From Gemmatimonadota bacterium (lineage in GTDB: Bacteria > Gemmatimonadota > Gemmatimonadetes > Gemmatimonadales > GWC2-71-9), in the NCBI GenBank assembly GCA_003221005.1, contig QHTZ01000081.1, forward strand, positions 19,725 through 83,724: DNA of 64,000 nucleotides, given 5' to 3'. Positions within the stretch are counted from its first letter, which is position 1, and every line of letters starts with the position of its first letter. The position numbers and the translations under genes were made by a program. Below are positions 39,833 to 46,967 of the stretch, in pieces. Below the pieces are notes generated by a model that saw nothing but the letters and a program-made list of their open reading frames with translations, was not told the DNA's origin and ran no database searches.

Positions 39833-40299
39833 AGGCCCGCGATCCGCGCGTGCTTGTCTATCTCCACCAGCAGCAGATCCGCCACGCGCACGACTGTGAC
39901 CGAGCGCGAGCGGCCCACACGCAGGTGGAACACCGACTCCGTCTGGTTCTTCTCGACCGTGAGCGCGGTATCCACTTCGACGCCGGCGACTCCGGGCTGC
40001 GACAGCCGGCTGGGGAACACCACGCGCCCCTCCTTCGCGGCCGCCGGCGTCGCGAGCTGCTCGATGGTGCGGACGTCATCGGGCCACGACACGACGTCAA
40101 CGCCCCGCAGGCACCCGTCCGCGACCTCGATGACGACGAACGAGCCGTCGGTGCCTTCCAGGTCCACGGTGCCGTTCAACCCGTTCGATTTGGCGACGCC
40201 CTTGCACGCCACCGACAGGATGTCCGTCTCCGGATCCCAGTGGTAGCTCACCTTGGGAAGTTTGCCGCCGAGTGGCTCGATGCGCGCTTCGAAGTTCAT
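39778..40299 (-). CDS. hypothetical protein (two DUF2283-like halves)
   Basis: 173 aa. SYHWDPETDILSVA...FVVIEVADGCLRGVDVV and LLLVEIDKHARIAGLWFLEV resemble the DUF2283 pattern. First gene of the co-directional block. Confidence 0.45.
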   Translation of the reverse strand: MNFEARIEPLGGKLPKVSYHWDPETDILSVACKGVAKSNGLNGTVDLEGTDGSFVVIEVADGCLRGVDVVSWPDDVRTIEQLATPAAAKEGRVVFPSRLSQPGVAGVEVDTALTVEKNQTESVFHLRVGRSRSVTVVRVADLLLVEIDKHARIAGLWFLEVPPFPNVDVEATA

Positions 40300-40367
40300 G
40301 GGGAACGACGCCTTCCACCTGCTCGCGAGGGCGGATAATATAGCGCCTGACTCGGAGGGAGCCAGCG

Positions 40368-41542
40368 ATGCAACGGCGGGAGTTCGTCTCGGTGGCTGGG
40401 GCCCTGGTCCTGGCGGCGACGGAAGGACGGAAGGACGGAAGGGGGTGGCGGGGACGTTCCGTCCTTCCGTCGTTCCGTCCTTCCGTCGCCTCTCAGGAAC
40501 CAGCCCTCTCGCCCGAAGTCTTCTCCCGCCGCCTCGCGCGCGCGCAGGCGGAGCTCAAGACCCGCAAGTGGGACTTCCTCATCGCCACGCCAGGCACGAC
40601 CTACCTCTATTTCACCGGCTACAACCCGGGCCGGAGCGAGCGGCTCATCGCGCTCGTCATCCCCGCGAGCGGCGAGCCCGCGATCGTGTGCCCGTCGTTC
40701 GAGGTGGACCGCATCAAGCGCCATGCGACGGCGCTCGACATCACGGGGTGGGAGGAGCCGGCGAATCCCTATAAGCTGGTCGAGCGCGTGGTCCGCGCGC
40801 GCAAGCCCCGGGCTCCCGGGACGATCGCGCTCGAGTCCTCGACCGCGTTCGGATCGTATCTGGGCATCAAGGACGCGCTTGGGGGCTGGAAGTTTGAAGA
40901 TGCCGCCGCCATCACCGACCGGCTGCGGATCATCAAGTTTCCCGAGGAGATCGCGCTGATCCGCCGCGCGATCGCGATCACCGAGGACGCGATGGCGGCC
41001 ACCTTCGCGCAGCTCGCCGTGGGCGTAAGCGAGCACGACGTGGCGGGGGTGCTCGAGCGGGAGATGGAGCGGCGCGGCGGAGAGGGGGGCGGCGGGCTGG
41101 TGCAGTTCGGGCCGTCGAGCGCCCTGCCGCACGGCGGCCCCGCGAGCGTCACGCTCGAGCGCGAGATGGTGGTGCTGATCGATTGCGGCTGTCGCGTCTC
41201 GGGCTATACGTCCGACATCACGCGCACGATCTGGTTCGGCGACCATTGGGCCGGCCCCTCGTCACCCCATGTGAGGAAATGGATCGCGCCGCGCGCAAGG
41301 TGATCAGCGACGCCGGCTTCGGCCGTAACTTCACCCACCGCCTCGGCCACGGAATCGGCCTCGACGGCCACGAGCCGCCGTATCTCGTCGAAGGAAACGA
41401 GGTCCACCTCGAGCCAGGGATGGTGTTCACGCTCGAGCCAGGGGTGTACCAAACTGGGAAATTCGGAGTGCGGATCGAGGATGACTGTCTGATGACGGAG
41501 AACGGAGTTGAGGTCCTGAGTCACCGACCGTCCAAACTCTGA
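40368..41542 (+). pseudogene. M24-family (creatinase/prolidase-like) peptidase with Tat-type signal, repeat insertion and internal frame break
   Basis: Track ORFs 40368..41303 and 41183..41542 are two frames of one gene: ...GYTSDITRTIWFGD | ...LVTPCEEMDRAARKVISDAGFG..HRLGHGIGL..LEPGVY..GVRIEDD. About 19 aa of the usual helix region is missing. Confidence 0.7.
40419..40487 (+). repeat. inverted octamer-array repeat (GGAAGGAC / GTCCTTCC) inside the M24 CDS
   Basis: GGAAGGAC GGAAGGAC GGAAGGGG gtggcggg gacGTTCC GTCCTTCC GTCGTTCC GTCCTTCC GTC. Encodes TEGRKDGRGWRGRSVLPSFRPSV directly after the signal peptide. Confidence 0.8.
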
Positions 41543-41907
41543 CGGGGACGAGGGACGCGGGACGGGGGACGCGTGGTGCCGAGGCGGCGGCGTAGGCTAT
41601 AGATGAGGCCGATCAACAGCCCCACGACCTGATTGCTGAGTACCAGCGCCTCGTCCACCGATTTCGCGGGCGCAAGTTCTAGGTCTCGCACCAATTCGAG
41701 ATGCGTGCAAAGCTCCGTACCGGAACCGAGGGCAATCCCGAGCGCGTAGCCTTCAGCGATGTTCGCAGGAATCGCCGCCGCCGCTCGCCGGATCTGATCC
41801 GCGAGTCCATAATGGCGACTGAGAGGTGGCTCGAGCGTGAGGCGATAGGCGACGCGCGCGACGGCGCGACCGCGCGTCCACGCCTGCAAAGAATCGAGCT
41901 TTCGCAC
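41521..41907 (-). CDS. four-helix-bundle protein (23S rRNA intervening-sequence protein family), shortened
   Basis: 128 aa, GTG start. YGLADQIRRAAAAIPANIAEGY...IALGSGTELCTHLELVRDL. About a dozen residues usually found between AEG and IALGS are absent. The C-terminal tail reads into the left repeat arm. Confidence 0.7.
   Translation of the reverse strand: MRKLDSLQAWTRGRAVARVAYRLTLEPPLSRHYGLADQIRRAAAAIPANIAEGYALGIALGSGTELCTHLELVRDLELAPAKSVDEALVLSNQVVGLLIGLIYSLRRRLGTTRPPSRVPRPRQSLDGR
41541..41573 (+). repeat. G-rich heptamer arm (left flank of the four-helix-bundle gene)
   Basis: GACGGGGACGAGGGACGCGGGACGGGGGACGCG starts at the TGA of the M24 gene. Confidence 0.75.
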
Positions 41908-41979
41908 GAATAGAAGTTGGAATGCCGCCTGCCATGGTAGGAGTCATTCCGCCGCATCCATGGTCCTTTCGCCGCAACA

Positions 41980-42008
41980 CTCGTCCCCCGTCCCTCGTCC
42001 CCCGCCCC
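41980..42008 (+). repeat. C-rich heptamer arm (right flank; inverted copy of 41541-41573)
   Basis: CTCGTCCCCCGTCCCTCGTCCCCCGCCCC. Its reverse complement contains GGGGACGAGGGACGGGGGAC, 19/20 identical to GGGGACGAGGGACGCGGGAC in the left arm. It ends at the stop of the aminotransferase gene. Confidence 0.75.
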
Positions 42009-43195
42009 TAGTCTCCTAGCTTCTTCGCAAACCCCACGATCTTCTCCAGCGCCCGCTCGATGTCCCCCGTCGCCGCCGCGTAAGACAATCGCACGTAGCG
42101 ATCGTCGCCGAACGCCGAGCCGGGGACCAGCGCCACCCCCGACTCGGTAATGAGACGGGTGCAGAACTCCGTGCCGCTCGAGCCCCCGAGCGAGTCTACG
42201 CGGAAGAAAAAGTAGAACGCGCCCAGCGGATCCACGAACTCCACGCCTGGCAAATCGCGGCGGAAGCGGCCGACCACGAGGTCGCGCCGCTTGCGGAACT
42301 CCGCTACCATCCGCATCACGTCCTGCTCCACCCGCTCATCGCCCAGGGCGGCGGCCGCGGCGAACTGCGCCGGGTGATTCGCCCCGGTGGTGGTATGTGA
42401 CTGCAGCGCAGCCATGGCCTTGGCGATCTTGCCCGGCGCGAGCGCGATGCCGATGCGCCACCCCGTCATCGCATACGCCTTACTGACCCCGTAGATCACG
42501 ACGACGCGCTCGAGCAGCTCGTCCGGAAGATCGAGGAACGACGGGGCCGGTCCCGGACCGTAATGGATGCGCCGGTAAATCTCGTCGGTGATCACCCACA
42601 CCTTGCGCTCCACCGCCCACTGCGCGATCGCCTTGATCTCGGCGTGCGTGTAGACGCCGCCGGTCGGATTGCAGGGCGAGCACAGGATCAACCCCTGGGC
42701 CCCGGGCACCACGCGCTCGAGATCGCGCACCCCCACCTTGAGACTCCACTCCGGATCGCCGGGCACGAGCACGGGCCGCGCGCGCGTGAGGTGCACGATC
42801 TGGGGATACGACACCCAGGCAGGAGCAGGGATCGCCACCACGTCCCCCGGGCCGAACAGACTGAAGCAGACGTTGAACAGCGACTGCTTCGAGCCGTTGG
42901 AGATGACGACGTGATCGGCGTTCACGGGCCGCCCGCCTGAGAGCAGCGAGAGATGCTTCGCCGCCGCGGCACGGAGCTCGAGGATCCCCTCGTTCGCCGG
43001 GTAGTGGGTCTTCCCCTCCCGAATCGCCCGCACGCCGGCGTCGGCGGGAATCGACGGGGTGGGGAAATCCGGCTCGCCCGCCCCGAGGTCGATCACATCC
43101 TCTCCCGCGGCGCGACGCCGCTTCGCCTCCTGGGAGATGGCGATCGTGGCGGATGTCTCGAGATGCTGAAGGTTGGGCGACAGCCCCTGCGACAT
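42008..43195 (-). CDS. pyridoxal-phosphate-dependent aminotransferase (class I, AspC-like)
   Basis: ATG at 43195 inside track ORF 42008..43597. GEPDFPTP, YPANEGILELR, NPTGGVY, SKAYAMTGWRIG. Confidence 0.9.
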   Translation of the reverse strand: MSQGLSPNLQHLETSATIAISQEAKRRRAAGEDVIDLGAGEPDFPTPSIPADAGVRAIREGKTHYPANEGILELRAAAAKHLSLLSGGRPVNADHVVISNGSKQSLFNVCFSLFGPGDVVAIPAPAWVSYPQIVHLTRARPVLVPGDPEWSLKVGVRDLERVVPGAQGLILCSPCNPTGGVYTHAEIKAIAQWAVERKVWVITDEIYRRIHYGPGPAPSFLDLPDELLERVVVIYGVSKAYAMTGWRIGIALAPGKIAKAMAALQSHTTTGANHPAQFAAAAALGDERVEQDVMRMVAEFRKRRDLVVGRFRRDLPGVEFVDPLGAFYFFFRVDSLGGSSGTEFCTRLITESGVALVPGSAFGDDRYVRLSYAAATGDIERALEKIVGFAKKLGD

Positions 43196-43266
43196 GAGCG
43201 ACGTGCTCCGTGGCGGACGATGGCAATATCCGCTCGCGCGGTCGCGACGCGCAACTAGTCGCGAGG

Positions 43267-43295
43267 TTGCCTTTCGCGCGCCCGCGCGGTAGCAT
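43267..43295 (+). promoter_or_regulatory. candidate sigma70-type promoter
   Basis: TTGCCT (43267-43272), 17-nt spacer, TAGCAT (43290-43295), about 45 nt upstream of the 43340 start. Confidence 0.35.
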
Positions 43296-43339
43296 CCCGC
43301 CACGAGCGGTACGTCGCCCTTTGACAACTCGAGGATCGT

Positions 43340-44599
43340 GTGGTGGCGCTGGACGAGGGCCGGGCCGCGCTGGAGCGCGGCCGGCCAGTGGTGCTGGTGA
43401 CTCCCCCTGCTCCGGAGCAGGCGGGGGCAGTGTGGGAGTTGGTGGGGACCACCCCCGGGGTGGGGGTGGGGCCCGCCGTGCTCATAGCATGCTGCGACGC
43501 AGTGAGCGCAGCTGAATGGGCGGCTGTCGCGCCCGCCGGGCTCCGGGTCCATGCGGTCAGCGGCCTCGCCCGCAGCGCCCGCATCCTCAAGGAGCACCCG
43601 CCCGAAGTGCTGGTCGGCGCCGTCGCCGACCTCGCCGCGCTGGTCGCGCGGTCCGCGCTGAACTGCGACGCCGTCGCCACGCTCGCCGTCGCCTGGCCCG
43701 AGCTGCTCGTCGCAGGCGAGCAGGCCGCGACGCTCGACACGCTACTCGGCGCGGCGCGCGACGCCCGCCGCATCGTGCTCAGCTGGAATCCCTCCACACT
43801 CACGGACTTCCTCGAGCGACACGCGCGCCGTGCCGAGGTGATCGGCACCCCGGCACCTGCGGCCGGGCCGGCGGGCGCCGCACGCTACGCGGTCGTCGCA
43901 CCGTCACGCCGCGCCGCCGCCTTGCGCGAGGCGCTCGACCTCCTCGACCCGAAGCATCCTCTGGTCTGGGACGGAGACCCGGCCGAGCCCGCCGCGACGC
44001 CGGACGCGGTGTTCTGCATGCGGCTCCCCACGCGGGAGCAATTCGCCACGCTGTCACGGCTCAGCCCGCCCGTCGTCTTCGTGACGGGAGCGCAGCTCCC
44101 TTACCTCCGTTCAATCGCGGCGCCGCTGACTCCCCTGCACCTCCCCTCGGGCGCCGATCTCGCGCACGACCGCGCGGAGGCGCTGCGCGCCCGCATCGCG
44201 GAGCGGCTCGAAGCGCGCGACCACGACGCCGAGCTGGCGCTACTCGACCCGTTGTTCGAGCGGTACGATCCGGCGGAGGTGGCGGGCGCGATTCTGGGAC
44301 TGCTGCGGGAAACGGCAAGCGGGAAACGTGAAACGGCCTCTCCTCCCCCAACCCCCGCTGGGTGGGTCAAGGTGTTCGTAAACGTCGGGAAGAAAGATCG
44401 GGCGAGCGCGAAGGATTTGGTCGGGGCGCTGATCCGCGAGTTGAGCCTCGCCAAGGCCGACATCGGGCGCATTGATGTGCGCGACACGTTCAGCGTCGTC
44501 GAGGTGACACCCGCCGTTTCGGAGCGAGTGGTCCGCGAGCTTACGGGAGTTACCATCCGGGGTCGCCGCGCGCTCGCGCGGCTCGACCGCTACGCCTGA
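43340..44599 (+). CDS. DbpA RNA-binding-domain protein with degenerate DEAD-box-like N-terminal region
   Basis: 419 aa. C-terminus GWVKVFVNVGKKDRASAKDLVGALIRELSLAKADIGRIDVRDTFSVVEV is the DbpA/RRM-like fold. No Walker A or DEAD motif seen upstream. Confidence 0.6.
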   Translation: MVALDEGRAALERGRPVVLVTPPAPEQAGAVWELVGTTPGVGVGPAVLIACCDAVSAAEWAAVAPAGLRVHAVSGLARSARILKEHPPEVLVGAVADLAALVARSALNCDAVATLAVAWPELLVAGEQAATLDTLLGAARDARRIVLSWNPSTLTDFLERHARRAEVIGTPAPAAGPAGAARYAVVAPSRRAAALREALDLLDPKHPLVWDGDPAEPAATPDAVFCMRLPTREQFATLSRLSPPVVFVTGAQLPYLRSIAAPLTPLHLPSGADLAHDRAEALRARIAERLEARDHDAELALLDPLFERYDPAEVAGAILGLLRETASGKRETASPPPTPAGWVKVFVNVGKKDRASAKDLVGALIRELSLAKADIGRIDVRDTFSVVEVTPAVSERVVRELTGVTIRGRRALARLDRYA

Positions 44600-44618
44600 G
44601 CCACACCCCGAAACGCCG

Positions 44619-44644
44619 ACGGGCCACCCAGCGGGGCGGCCCGT
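44619..44644. terminator. GC-rich hairpin in a convergent gap (terminator candidate, no clear U-tract)
   Basis: ACGGGCCACCC-agcg-GGGCGGCCCGT: 11-bp stem with one mismatch. Confidence 0.35.
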
Positions 44645-44657
44645 AACCAGCATCCTT

Positions 44658-44696
44658 CAGGTGTGACGTCTGACAGGTGTGACGTCTGACGTCTAC
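44658..44696 (+). repeat. tandem 16-mer (CAGGTGTGACGTCTGA x2 plus partial) built from GTSTGAC heptamers
   Basis: Units at 44658-44673 and 44674-44689, then CGTCTAC. Overlaps the HU stop codon (44693-44695). Confidence 0.8.
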
Positions 44697-44986
44697 TTGC
44701 CTCTGTTATTCACCGCCATTTTCAGCTGCTTGCCGGCGCGGAACGCAGGTGCGATCGACGCTTTGATCTGGATCACGCCGCCCGTCTTGGGGTTGCGGCC
44801 GGCGCGCGCGGCGCGCTTGCGCGCCTCGAAGTTCCCGAAGCCCGTGATCTGCACCTTCGCTCCCTTCTTCAATTCCGCGGCGATGATGCCCTTGTCGTCG
44901 AACAGAGCCTCGATCGTCCGGCCCGCATCGGCCTTCGACATCTTCGTCCGCATCGCCAGCGCCGTGGTCAGCTCGGCTTTGTTCAC
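44693..44986 (-). CDS. hup: DNA-binding protein HU
   Basis: 97 aa, GTG start with an AAGGAG SD. MNKAELTTALA...GFGNFEARKRAARAGRNPKTG...PAFRAGKQLK. Confidence 0.92.
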   Translation of the reverse strand: MNKAELTTALAMRTKMSKADAGRTIEALFDDKGIIAAELKKGAKVQITGFGNFEARKRAARAGRNPKTGGVIQIKASIAPAFRAGKQLKMAVNNRGK

Positions 44987-45228
44987 GGAGGTCTCCTTGT
45001 GAGGACGGGGTCCAAAATGCCTTGATCTCTCGGCACTTTCTCGGGGGTCCCCCCGAAAACCCGCATAACTTGGGCACTATATTGGGATATCTCCTGAAAA
45101 ACCGCAAGATATGGGCACTTTCGAGAGCCCGTTACCCGTCGCCAGGTCGCTACGTTGTACGACGCCTCATGTAGTTTCGTAGCGACGTACCGACGTAGCG
45201 AGGTAGAACGCCTCAACTAGGGACGCGA

Positions 45229-45834
45229 ATGCTCAACGGCGCCCGCCCCGGCTGGATCGAGGTCATTACCGGCGTGATGTTCAGCGGCAAGAGCGAAGAG
45301 CTGATCCGCCGGGTGCGCCGCGCCGTGATCGCCCGCAAGCAGATCCAGGTCTTCAAGTCCCACCTCGACGCCCGGTATGCCGGGCTCTACAACGTGGCGA
45401 CGCATGACGGCCTCACGGTCGAAGCCGCGCCGGTGGACTCTGCCGAGGAAATCATGCGACAGGTCCGGCCCGCGACCGAGGTGGTCGCGGTGGACGAGGC
45501 GCAGTTCCTGGATCACGGGATCGTCGGCGTGGCGAACGCCCTCGCGGACCGCGGCGTTCGGGTGATCCTCGCCGGCACCGACACGGACTTCCGGGGCGAG
45601 CCGTTCGGCGCGATGCCGACCCTGATGGCGATCGCCGAGATCGTCGACAAGTTTCAGGCGATCTGCGTCGTGTGCGGCGGGCCCGCCACGCGCAACCAGC
45701 GGCTGGTGGACGGCCAGCCCGCACAGTGGAACAGCCCGGTCATTCTGGTGGGCGGGCGCGAATCGTACGAGGCCCGCTGCCGCCACTGTCATCGCGTGCC
45801 GAGGATGGATGAGGATCAAACTGCGCTACTCTGA
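45229..45834 (+). CDS. tdk: thymidine kinase
   Basis: 201 aa. [15 protein letters not shown]-loop, VDEAQFL, and Zn ribbon [13 protein letters not shown]...CRHCH. Confidence 0.93.
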   Translation: MLNGARPGWIEVITGVMFSGKSEELIRRVRRAVIARKQIQVFKSHLDARYAGLYNVATHDGLTVEAAPVDSAEEIMRQVRPATEVVAVDEAQFLDHGIVGVANALADRGVRVILAGTDTDFRGEPFGAMPTLMAIAEIVDKFQAICVVCGGPATRNQRLVDGQPAQWNSPVILVGGRESYEARCRHCHRVPRMDEDQTALL

Positions 45835-45912
45835 ACGCGGAACGCGGAACGCGGAACGGGGAATCGACGCTGGCTGGTTTGTTCCGCGTTCAACCTTCCG
45901 CGTTCCGCGTTC
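45833..45912. repeat. inverted heptamer-array repeat (GAACGCG / CCGCGTT) exactly filling the tdk-coaE gap
   Basis: GAACGCG x3, GAACGGG, GAATCGA, loop, then CCGCGTT CAACCTT CCGCGTT CCGCGTT. Starts inside the tdk TGA and ends 1 nt before the coaE ATG. Confidence 0.85.
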
Positions 45913-46905
45913 ATGTTAAACGTCGCCCTCACCGGCAACATCGCCGCGGGGAAGTCGACCGTCGTAGGGTTTTTCCGGCGGTGGGGCGCCACGATCGTGG
46001 ACGCCGATGAGCTGGCGCGGGAGGCCGAGGCGCCGGGGAGCGAGGTCCTCGCCGCGATCGCGCGGCGCTTCGGCGCCGACGTGCTGGCCGCCGACGGCTC
46101 GCTCGACCGCGCGGCGCTGCGCTCCAAGGTGATGGCCGACGATGCGGCGCTCGCCGACTTGAATACGCTGGTTCACCCCACCGTGCAGCGCCGCCGCGCC
46201 GACCTGGTGCGGGAAGCGGAGCAGCGCGGCGACGTGCTGGTGGTGAACGACATTCCGCTGCTGTTCGAGGTGCTCGACCCCGCCCGGTTCGACGTCGTGG
46301 TGCTCGTGGACGCGCCGCCCCCGCTGCGGCTCACGCGCCTGCGGGCGATGCGCGGCCTCTCGAACGAGGACGCCGACCGGATGATCGCGGCGCAGATGCC
46401 GGCGGAGCGCAAGCGCGCGCGCAGCCAGTACGTGATCGAGAACGCCGGATCGCTGCCCGAGCTCGAAGCCCAGGCGCGCACCGTGTTCCGGGAGCTGCGC
46501 CGCCGCGCCGCCACGCACGCCCTCGGCCGGCCCGCCGAAATCCTGGTGCTGGCTGCGGCCGACGCCAAGGACGACTCTCCCGCGCTTACCGCCACCGCCG
46601 CCCGCTACACCGAGGCCGGCGTGCGCGTGCAGCGCGCGGCCGGGAAGGCGGCCCTCGCGGCGGCCGCGAAACTCAAGCCCCAGGCGACGCTGGCGACGGC
46701 GCGGGCGGCCGCCCCGGCGCGCGAGGCGTGGGAAGGCGCGGGCCGCCCGGGGGCGCTCCTCTATTTCAGCGACGACCCCGACCCCGTCGCCGTGCGCCTC
46801 GACCTGCGTCCCTGGGGCGGCGACCGGCTGGCGCTCGTCGAGGAGGGAGCGGCCGGGTTGCCGCCCCGCGCCGATCTGTTCCCGTCGGGCAAACCGTTGG
46901 CTTGA
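45913..46905 (+). CDS. coaE: dephospho-CoA kinase with ~130-aa C-terminal extension
   Basis: 330 aa. LTGNIAAGKST P-loop and a CoaE core to about residue 200, then an Ala-rich region and LLYFSDDPDPVAVRLDLRPWGGDRLALVE. Confidence 0.85.
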   Translation: MLNVALTGNIAAGKSTVVGFFRRWGATIVDADELAREAEAPGSEVLAAIARRFGADVLAADGSLDRAALRSKVMADDAALADLNTLVHPTVQRRRADLVREAEQRGDVLVVNDIPLLFEVLDPARFDVVVLVDAPPPLRLTRLRAMRGLSNEDADRMIAAQMPAERKRARSQYVIENAGSLPELEAQARTVFRELRRRAATHALGRPAEILVLAAADAKDDSPALTATAARYTEAGVRVQRAAGKAALAAAAKLKPQATLATARAAAPAREAWEGAGRPGALLYFSDDPDPVAVRLDLRPWGGDRLALVEEGAAGLPPRADLFPSGKPLA

Positions 46906-46930
46906 CACGCGTTTCCAGCGCCGGTAACCT
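46902..46930 (+). promoter_or_regulatory. candidate sigma70-type promoter for gcvH-gcvP
   Basis: TTGACA (46902-46907, overlapping the coaE stop), 17-nt spacer, TAACCT (46925-46930). Confidence 0.35.
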
Positions 46931-46967
46931 TCGCCCCGCACCGCCAACCGAGCGCCCGCGATTCCCC

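Noticed and set aside
45030-45125. Sigma-54-type promoters at the GGCAC motifs
   Set aside because: The -12 element (TTGC, 4-5 nt after GGCAC) is absent in all three occurrences: TGGG, AGAG and CGGG.
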